The notes below the pieces were generated by a model that was not told the DNA's origin, searched no databases, and saw only the letters and a list, made by a program, of their open reading frames with translations. The translations under genes and the position numbers were made by a program. From assembly GCF_009914755.1 (NCBI RefSeq), contig NC_060948.1: a DNA stretch of 64,000 nt. One strand, 5' to 3'. This document shows positions 53,701-64,000 of this stretch, piece by piece (the stretch's first letter is position 1; each line of letters begins with the position of its first letter). The stretch is from the human T2T-CHM13v2.0 reference genome, Homo sapiens.

Positions 53701-56700
53701 GACAGCCAAGGGCCCTAGTCCACCTCATGAATGCACATGTGTTAGCCTCAGGGCACCTATCCTGATTGTGAGCTTTGGGTACCCTCACAATGAATCTCAC
53801 CATTGCCTAGCGACAAGTTCCTGCAGCTTGGTGGAGATAGAGACCTCTGTGAGGGTGCATCAGCTATGGATTCTCACCTGTCTTCTCTATGGGATCCACA
53901 GGATTGTCCCCTTGTCATGGAAAAGAGCAGACATGAGCCAGCTTGAAGAAATGTCAAGCAGAGCCCCAGGAATAAACTGCAAAATTCCTAAGCATCCAAG
54001 GTCTGCAGGATTCCTTAGGCCTGTCTAGACATTGTAGGTGTGAGACTTTTTGAAACTTGCCCTACTATGGTTTCTAGGTACAGCCCACCTGTGTCCCTAG
54101 GGTTGCTCTCTCCCTGGTGTGGCATCCTGCAGAACCATACAGGATCAGGAGCTGCTGGGCCATGTGTTTCTGTGGCAGCATTGTGAATTTTGGATATGTG
54201 CGTGTGTGTGAGGCATTGTGTGTTTATGTCCTTTTGTGTGCATGTGTGTGTGTGCCTTTAAGTGGAGTCTCCTTAAAGGAATGCAGCTAATGCACTTCAG
54301 TGCTTTTTTTTCTTCTGTCTCCCCATCTTTTGGTGGCCTGCCTATGTGGCTCTGCTTAGGCTTCAGGTCTCCATGTTCTTTATTTTTATGTGGATCATGA
54401 ATCTGCAGTGAATTGAGAGATGGACCTGGAATCGCTGGTGTCCAAATCAACTCCCTCTGCAAAAAGAAGCCACCGTTCTTCAGAGAAGTGGAGAACACCA
54501 CACCAAAAAACAGACATCTTCCAGTGTTTCACAGTTTTGTGGCCAACACAGGGTGGCCCAACACAAGCAGTCCTGTAAACATGGCCCCTCGAATTTACCT
54601 CAAATTCGGATCCCAGCCGAGCAGGTGCTTCATGTCATGAGGAGGCACTCCTCCATCATTTTGGGATTTCATCCTGGGACATAGAGTATGAGCAGGAATA
54701 GGGTCAGATGGGGTGGTGATACACTCTGGTGAGGCATGGATGGGGTCCCACAATTTCACCTGCAAAAAATAAAATAAAATAAATAACACAGATGTCACAG
54801 TTGGTGCTTCTAAATCCATCCCTGCATTCCCTTAATCGAACAAGCAGTCCACACCATGGCTCAGTGTTCAAGTGAGAGTACTCAAAACAAAAACAAAACA
54901 CTTGTTCTCTCACATCTATCAGAGGGATTCCTGTAGGATGAGAAGTAGACTGCCATGTCACGCTTTTACCTGGTAATCTATACTCTGTTTCGTTTCATCT
55001 GTACAGCCTTCTCATTTTGGAGAGGTTTTTTCATTGAACTGTTGCTGGATGAGACTTCCTCTTGCTACACATTATGTAGCTGCCAGTGATTTCAGAGAGC
55101 AAAAGGGACTATGGCCATGTAGGCTAACTGCACTTCATGTTATGAGTCGTTGTCTCGTTTCTGGGGCTTAGGTTGTTTGCACTTTGCAGGAGGGTTTTGG
55201 TTCTTCTGAGAGGAATCATTAAACATTGCTTGGACTCCAACACAAGGCTACTCTTTCTCTCAGGCAGGCATTGATTTTTCTCTGCTTTCATGGGGAATAA
55301 ACAGTGCCCCTCAGCAGCAATGCAGGACACCATTTTCAGGCTTACCATCACCACACAGAGCCCCTGAGACCCGGTGTCAACCTCACCTTAGAGTTGACTT
55401 TGTCGTGGTTCCTGCCTTTCCCAGAGAGGCCCTGTGATGCCTAGGATTAAGGGAGACAGTGAGGTCAAGATCTCATCTGTCTTTCAATGACACTGACCTC
55501 TGGGGTCTCAGGTATGATTCTATCATTCAAAGAACAGTCAACAACACATCAGACTATATTCCAATCTCTTTGGGTTTCAATTCTTGCACAGAGCCTCTTT
55601 CAGGAATGGAATCAGAAGAGAAGTTTGCAGTGACCACCTCACAGTCTTGAAACACCTCCTCCTCCAATGGGACCTGACCACGGAGATGGCCCAAAGGGGT
55701 GTTGAGGTTGATACAGTCAAGGTCCTGCAGTGGGTTTTGGCAGGTAGCCTTTTTCCCGATACCAGGCTGGCTCTGCCTGTAGCGTTTTTCTCTGCTTAGG
55801 CAGGCTGACAGCTTTGACAGCCCAGTGCCTGAGCCTGCCACATGAATGTGCATGGGCTAGTCTCAGAGTAGCAGGAATCATTGTGAGATTTGGCTAGCAT
55901 CACAATGAATGTCACAGTTGCCTTGTGACAAGTACCTGTGTCTTGGCAGAGAGGGAGTCTTCCATGGAGGTGCATCAGGGAAGGACTTTTGCCTATCTTC
56001 TCTGGAATTCATGTGATACTCCCATGATGCTAGAAGAGAACAGAAGTGAGGCAGTCTGAAGAAGCACGAAGCCCAGCACCAAAAATAAACCATGGAATCC
56101 CTAAGGATACAAAACTATCTTCAGGATTTGTCAGGCCTGCCTATACATTGTGGGGTGTCTTTTTGAAAGCTGCCCCTTTGTGATTTCTAGGTATAGCCTG
56201 CCTATGTTCCCCAGGGTTGCTCTCTCACAGGTGTGGCTTTCTGAAAAACCATGCAACCTCAAGAGCTGCTGGGCTGTTTCTTTCTGTGGGAATGTTGCAA
56301 CTGTTAAATGTCTTTGTGTGTGTGTGACATGGTGTGTTTGTGTGTGTGTGTGCCTGTAAGTGGAGTGTGCTTAAAGAAATGAGGCTAATGCACTTGAGCC
56401 CTTCTTTTTTATGAGTCTCCCAGTTTTTCAGTGACTTGTCTGTGTGGCTCTGCTTGGACTGCGGGGCTCCATGCTTTTTTTTTTTTCTGTGGATTATGTA
56501 TCTGCAGTGAATTGGAAGGCTTGCAAGATGTGGTGGTGTCCATACTATCTCTGCCTGCAAAAAAAAAAAATTCACTCTTCCAGAAAGAAGAGGAGCACAC
56601 CACACCAAAAAACAGGCATCTCCCAATTTTTCATTGTGCTGAGGCCAAACTATGGATACTTGCAGTCCTGTCCAGAGGTGCCCTTGAATTGAACACCAGT

Positions 56701-59700
56701 TCGGTTCCCAGCTGAGCAGGTGTTTTATGTCATGAGAGTGCACTTCTCCATCGTCTTGGGATTTTATGCTGAAACATAAAGTGTGAGCAGCAATAATGTC
56801 AGATAAGGGTTAGCATAAAATCTTGTGAGGGGTGGACTTGTCCTGCAACTCCACCTGAAGATAAAATGAAGACAGATGCCACAGAAGGTGCTTCCAACTC
56901 CATACCTGCCTTCCCTGAATTGAACAAGCAGTCCACACTGTGGCTCAGCGTTCAGGTTGAAGTACTCTGATGTGCAAAAAAAATTTGCAGTGCAAATTGG
57001 GGCCATCCTGGTCTACTCCCTATTTGAGTTCTTTCATTCCTGTATCCAAAAGGGAGTGGAATTGATTGATGTTGGGTGGGCTGTGGCCTCCTCACTTGCC
57101 TCTTCTTTTTTGAATTCCGTGTTCCTCATTGGCCTAGGGTTTCCTGGGTCTGGCTTAATGACTTCCACACTAGATATTTCCCAGTTGACAAAGAACAACC
57201 CTCATGGGAATCCATTGAGTTAGTGTTTCCTTCTAAACAATGTCAGCTTTTAATGACTGGACAGTTTCATACTTTTAACACTGTAAATTCCCATTAATGT
57301 CTACCAACAGGAAAACTCTTGTTCTCCCACTTCTATAGGAGGGCTGCATGATTCCTATAGGATATGAATCAGGCAGCCGTGTCTGGCTTATGCCTGGTAA
57401 TCTAACTTATCTTCCATTTTATCTGCACAGCCTTCACATTGTAAAAGAGCTCTTTCATTGGGCTATTGCTGGATGATATGGCCTCTTGCCACAAATTATT
57501 AAGCTTCCAGGGATTTCAGAGAGCAAAAGGGACTTCAGGTAGGCTGACTGTGCTCCATGTTGTGGGTTGTTGTCTCACTGTTGGGCTCAGGTTGTTTGCA
57601 CTTTGCAGTAGGCTTTTGAGTCCTCTGACAGGAATCACTGAACAGTGCAGAGACTCCAGCACAGGGCACCTCATTCTTTAAGGCAAGCCTTGATTTTTCT
57701 TTGCTTTCGAGGGGAATCCACAGTGCCCCTCAATAGCACTACTGGACAGGTTTTTCAGGCTTGGCCTCACCACAGAAGGCATCTGAGACACTTTCTCACC
57801 CATATCTGCATGCATGAGAAGCCAGTCTGAGATGTGAGAACACTGCTTCGTTTTGGGTTTGCCTTTGTTCTGGCCCTGTGCAGAGATCCCCTGTAAGACC
57901 CAGGATGAAGGGAGGCAGTTAGATAAAGAGCCCAACCATCATTCACTGACACCCACCTCTGGGGTTTCAGGTATGTTTCTATCACTTAAAGAACCCTCAA
58001 CAACAAACCAGACTATATTGCAATGCCCCTGGGGCCTGATTCTTGCACATAGCCTATTTCAGAAATGGAGTCAGGAGAGCAGTTTCCAGGAACCACCTCA
58101 CATCACAGTCTTGAAACTCCTCCTTCTCTAGTGGGATCCCACATCAGAGAAGGCATGAAGGGGCTCTGAGGTCCAGACTTTTAGGGTACCACAGTGAGAT
58201 GTTGCATGCAGCCTTTTTCCCAATACAATGCTGGCTCTGCCTATATGATTTTTCTCTGTTTAGGCAGGTTGACAGCTTTGACAGCTGGGCACCTGGTCCT
58301 GGCTCATGAATGCACAGGCACTAGTCTCAGGCATTAGGCCTGATTGTGAGCTCTGGCTTGCATTACAATGAATGTCACCATTGCCTAGAGACACATCCCT
58401 GGGCCTTGGCAGAGAAGGAGACTTTGTGGAGGTGCTGCAGCCGTTGACTGTCATCTTTCTTCCCTGTGGGATTCACAGAATAGTCCCCTGATCCTAGTAG
58501 AGGGCAGAGGTTAACCAGCCTAAAGAAATGTCAAGCAAAGACCCATGAATAAACCTGAAAATCCCTAAAAATCCAAAGGAATCTTAGGTTTCCTCAGACC
58601 TGCCTACAGGTTGTAGTAGTGAGTCATTTTGAAACTTGCCCCACTGTGATTTCTCGGTACAGCCTGCCTGTGTTCTATGGGTTTGCTCTCTCCAAGGTGC
58701 AGCTTCCTGCAGAATCATGCAGCCACAGGTGCTGCCAGACTGTGTTTCTGTAGGAGTGTTGCTATTGTTGGATGTCTGTGTGTGTCTGTGACATGGTGTG
58801 TGTGTGTGTGCACATGTATGTAATAAAGTCTGCTTAAAGGAATGTGGCTAATGCACTTCAGTGCTTCTTTTTTTTGAGTGTCCCAACCTTTTGGTGGCCT
58901 GTCTGTGTGGCTCTTCTTGAGTTGCAGGGCTCGATGTTCTTTATGTTTCTGTGCATCATGATTCTGCAGTGAATTGGGAGGCAAGCTGATATTTGCTGGA
59001 GTCCAAATCACCGACCGTTGCAAAAAAAGCCACTCTTCTAGAAAAAAGAGGAGCACACCACACCAAAATTCAGACATCTCCAGTGTTTCATTGTCCTGCA
59101 ACCAACTACGGAAGAGATACTAGCAGTCCCTTTAGCATTACCCCTTGAATTTACCTCCCATTCTGTTCCCAGCTGAGCAGGTCCTTCATGTTGTGAGGGG
59201 GCTCTCTTTCATTGCCTTGGGATTTCATTCTGGGACATAAAGTGTGAGCAACAGTAAGGACAGATAGAGGTGAGGATATAATCTGGTGAAAGGTAGATGA
59301 GGTCCCAAAATTTCACCTGCAAAAAAAAAGTGAAAACAGCTGACACAGAATGTGTTTCCAACTCCATCCCCACATTCCCTAAATTGCACAAGCAGTCCAC
59401 ACTATTCCTGGGTGTTCATGTGGGAGTATTCCAATGTGCAAGGAACATTTGGAATGCAAATTGGGACCAGCCTGGCAAACTCCCAGTTTGAGTGTTTTCA
59501 TACCCAGAAACAAATGGGAGTGGAATGAATTGATGCTGGGTGGGATGTGGCCTCCACACTTAACTCTTGTTTTCCTGAATTACATGTTTCTCTTCGGGCC
59601 TAGGGTTTCCTGCATCTGGCTCAATGACTTCCACACTAAGCATTTCCCAGTTCATGGAGAACGACACTCATTGGAATCCACTACGTGAGTATTTTCTTCT

Positions 59701-61481
59701 AAACAGTGTCATGTTTTAATGACTGGGCAAAACCACAAATTCCTGTTACAGTCACCAGCAAGAATACTCTTGTTCTCTCACTTCTATCCGAGAACTGCAT
59801 GATTCCTGTAGGATGAGAAGCAGGTAGCTGTTTGTGGCTTGTGCCTGGTCATCTTGCCTATGTTTTATTTTATCTGCACAGCCTTTTTATTGTGGAGGGA
59901 CTCTTTTATTAGGCTGTTGTTGGATGAGACTGCCTCTCATCACAGATTATTGGGTTGCCAAATATTTCAGAGAGCAAAAGGGACTTTGGGTAGGCCAACT
60001 GTGCTCCAGGTTGTGGGTTGTTGTCTTGTTATGGGGGCTGATGTTGTTTGCACTTTGCAGGAGGCTTTTGGGTCCTCTGACAGGAATCATCGAAGATTGC
60101 CTGATGCCAGCACAAGGCAGCTCATTGTCTCAGGTGAGGCTTGATTTATCTTTGCTCTCATGGGGAAGACACAGTACCCCTCAACAGCACTGTTGGACAC
60201 ACTTATCAGGCTTGCCATTGCCACAGATGGCCCCTGAGACAATGTTTCAACCTCATCTCCACACGCTAGTGTTCAGTCTGAGGTGGGAGAAGACTGCTCC
60301 ACCTTGGACTTGCCTTAGTCTTAGTTCCTGCCCTTCCCAAAGAGCCCCTGCAAGTCCCAGGGTGAAGGGAGGCAATGACATCAAAAGCCCAGGCATCGTT
60401 CACAGACAACAACCTCTGTGGTATCAGGTATGATTCTATCACCCAAGGAACCCTCAAAAACACACCTGACTGTATTCCAATACTTATGGGACCCGATTCT
60501 GGCACACAGCCTCTTTCAGGAATGGAGTCAGAAGAGCAGTTTCCAGTGACCACCACACATTCTCAAAATGTCTCCTCCTCCAGTGGTACTCATCCATGGA
60601 GATGGCTTTGGGAGCCCTTAAGTAGAGACATTTATGGTCCTGCAGTGTGTTTTCACAGGCAGCCTTTTTCCCAATAGCATGCCGGCTCTGCCTATACCAT
60701 TTTCCCCTCTTAAGGCAAGCTGACAGCTCTGACTGCCAGTCACTCAAGCCTGCCTCATGAATGTGCATGTGCTAGTCTCAGGGCAAAAGGCCTGATTATG
60801 AGCTCTGGCTAGCTTCACAATTAGTGTCACCATTGCCTAGTAACAAGTCCTTTCAGCTTGGTGAAGGACGAGACTTTTGTAGAGGTGTGTCAACCGTAGG
60901 CTCTTGCCTGTCTTTTCTGTGGGACCGCAGGATAGTCTATTGATCCCAGGAGAAGTCAGACGTGAGCTAGCCTGAAGAAACATCAAGCACAGCCTCAGAA
61001 ATAAACTGAGAAATTCCTAAGGATACAAAAGGGTCTGCAGGATTACTCAGGCTTGTGTAGGCATTGTAGAAGTGAGTCTTTTTGAAACTTGCCCAACTGT
61101 GATTTTCAATTACTCCTGCCTCTGTTCCCTGGGGTTGCAATCTCCAAAGTGGGGCTTTCTGCACAACCACACAGCCTCAGGAGCAGCTGGGGTGTGTGTT
61201 TCTGTGGGAGTGTTGTGAGTATTGAATGTCTGCATGTGTGTGGCATTGTGTGTTTGTGTGTGTATGCATATGAACCTGTAAGTGAAGTCTGCTTAAAGGG
61301 ATTTGGCTAACGCATTTTAGCCCTTCTTTTTTTTTGGAGTCAGCCAACTTTTGGTGGTTTCTCTGTGTGGTTCTGCTTGGGCTGCAGGGCTCAGTGTTTT
61401 TTATTCTTATGTGGATTATCAATCTGCAGTGAATTGGGAGCCAGGCTGAGACCCAACAATGTCCAAATCAACTCCCCCAGC

Positions 61482-61507
61482 AAATAAATAAATAAATAAA
61501 TAAATAA
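61482..61507 (+). repeat. (TAAA)n microsatellite grown from the unit's A-tract
   Basis: AAATAAATAAATAAATAAATAAATAA occupies the position of the poly(A) tract that precedes GCCACTCTTC in other units. Confidence 0.85.
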
Positions 61508-64000
61508 GCCACTCTTCGAGAAAGAAAAGGAGTATACCACATGAAAAAACAGATATCTCCCAGTGTTTCATTGTCCAGTTGCCAGCCCAGGAAGAGACAC
61601 TAACAGTCCTGTCCACATCGCCCCTTGAATTTACCACGAATTCAGCTCCCAGCCTAGCAGGTGCTTCATGTCACGATAAGGTGCTCCTTCATAGTCTTGG
61701 GATTTCATCCTCGTACATAAGAGTGTGAGCAGCAATAAGTTATATAAGGGTGAGGCTACAATTTGGTGAGGAGTGGTTGGAGACCCACAACTTCACCTGC
61801 AAAAAAATAAAGGCAGATGACACATAAGGTGCTTTCCACTCCATCCCCACATTCCCTTAATTACACAAGCAGTCCACACTGTGGCCTGGTGTACAGGTTG
61901 GGAGACTGCAATGTGCAAGGATCATTTGGTGTGTAAATTGGTGTTATTCTGGCAAAATCCTGATTTGGGGGCTTTCATACCCAAAGCCAAATGGGAGCAA
62001 AATGGATTGATGCTGTGGGGATGTTGCCTCCACACTTGCCTCTTCTTTTCTGGACTTCCATTTTTCTCCTTGGCCTAGGTTTTAATGGGTCTGGTTCAAC
62101 AGTTTTCACACGAAACGTTTCACATTTCACAAAGAATAACCCTCATCAGAATCCGTTGCATGGATATTTACTTCTAAACACTGTCACGTTTTAATGACTA
62201 GGCAGCTTTGATAGTTTTAAAGCCATAAATTCCCATTAGAGCCTCCAACAAGGAAACTCTTGTTATCCCATGTCTATCAGATAGACGTGGATCCTCCTCC
62301 TGTAGGATGAGAAGCAGACAGCCATGTCTGGCTTTTCCTGGTAATCTAGCCTCAGTTTTATTTCATCTACATGGTTTTCTCATTTTGGAAGGGCTCTTTC
62401 ATTGGGCTGCTGCTAGATGGGACTGCCTCTCACCACAGATTATGTAGCTGACAGGATTTCAGAGAGCCCAGAGAGCCAAGGGACCTCAGGAAAGCTGGCT
62501 GAGCTCCAGGTGGTGGGTCATTGTCTCGTTTTGGGGCCTGAGGTTGTTTGCACTTTGCAGAAGGGATTTGGGTCCTCTGACAGGAATCACTGAACATTGT
62601 TTGGACCCCAGGACAAAGCAGCTCATTCTCTCAGTGAGCCTTGATTTATCTTTGCTTTCATGAGGAATCTACAGTGGCTCTTGATGGTACTGCTGGACAC
62701 CCTTTTCAGGATTGCTATCACCACAGACGGCCTTTGAGACACTGACTCAACATCATCTGCAACTGTGAGAAGCCAATCAGAGGTGTGAGAACACAGCTCC
62801 ACCTTGGTCTTGCCGTTGTCATGGTTACTGCCTTTCCCTGAGAGCCTCTGTGAGGCCCAGGATGAAGAGAGACAGTGTGGTAAAGAGAACAACCATCTTT
62901 CACTGACGCCAGCCTCTGGGGTCTCAGGTATGATCCTATCACCCAAAGAACCCTAAAAAACACACCAGGCTATATTCCAAATCCCATGGGACTTGATTCT
63001 TGCACACAGCCTCTTTTGGGAATATAATTAGAGTAGAAGTTTCCAGCAACAAACTCACAGTCTTAAAATGCCTCCTTCTCCAGCAGGAAGCAATCACAGA
63101 TGGCACAAAAGGGGTCCTGGGAAGTTGAGACTTTTAAGGTCCCACAGTAGGTTTCACAGGTAGCCTTTTTTTTCTGGTACTGGGCTTGCTCTGCCTATAC
63201 CATTTTCCTCTGCCTAGGCAGGCTGACAGCTCTGACAGCTGGACACTTTAGTCTTCCTCACAAATGAGTACGCCCTAGTCCTAGGGCATGAGGCCTGATT
63301 GTGAGCTCTGGCTAGTATCACAATGAATGCACTACTGCCTAGAGACAAGCCTCCAAGGCTTGGCTGAGAAGGAGAACTCCTTGGAGGTTGTGTCAGCAGT
63401 GGACTCTTGCCTGTCTTCTCTGTGGGGTCCATAGTATGATCCCATGATCCTAGGAGAGGGCAGACGTGTGCCTACCTTAAGAAACCTCAAGCAGAGCCCA
63501 AGGAATAAACCGCGAAATACCTAAAAATCCAAAGGACCTGCAGGATTTTTCATGCTTGCCTAGATGTTGTAGGGTTGAGTCTGGAACGCAACCCAACTGT
63601 GCTCTCCAGGGTTGCTCTCTCACAGATGGTGCTTCCTACAGAACCTCAGAGCCTCAGAAGCTGCCGGGCTGTGTGTTTCTTTGGGAGTGTTGTGAGTGTT
63701 GTATGTCTGTGTGTGTGTTTGGCATTGTGTGTGTGTGTGTGTGTGTGTGTGAGTGCACTTGTAAATGGAGGTTGCTTAAAGGAATGTGGCTAATGCACAT
63801 AAGTGCTTCTTTTTGTTTGTTTGTTTTTGCTCTCTTAACCTTTTGATAGCCTGTCCGTGCATCTGCTTGGGCTGTGGGGCTCTGTGTTCTTTATTTTTTT
63901 GTGGATTATGAATACATAGTAAATTGAGAGGCTGGCTAAGACCTGCCAGAAACCAAATCAACTTCCCTCTATAAAAACAGCCACTCTTCTCGAAAGAAGA

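Noticed and set aside
59834-60433. Longest ORF in the track (199 aa)
   Set aside because: It starts at GTG, lies wholly in satellite sequence, and the same frame is broken in the other units.

Overview
This is eukaryotic (primate, most likely human or ape) non-coding DNA with no intact protein-coding gene. About 90% of the window is one head-to-tail array of ~26 old, diverged ~2.4-2.5 kb macrosatellite units, all in the same orientation, CpG-depleted, nearly all with a (TG)n-rich tract. Unit size and anatomy best fit the SST1/NBL2/MER22 family, probably the degenerate Y-linked type associated with TTTY testis lncRNAs; that assignment is from recall, not from a search. Four single-copy insertions interrupt it: an antisense AluY-like element (~21811-22107), a 5'-truncated HERV-E (LTR2-family) provirus on the minus strand (39463-43915), and a 5'-inverted L1PA fragment with a 15-bp TSD (49729-50762) that itself contains a nested AluY. 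Many units carry private deletions, local duplications and templated-insertion scars, and two adjacent units (~29.5-34.6 kb) share derived rearrangements. I found no prokaryote-type system (operon, CRISPR, defence locus). The best leads are the splice-site pairs repeated in most units on both strands and the end-joining scars.
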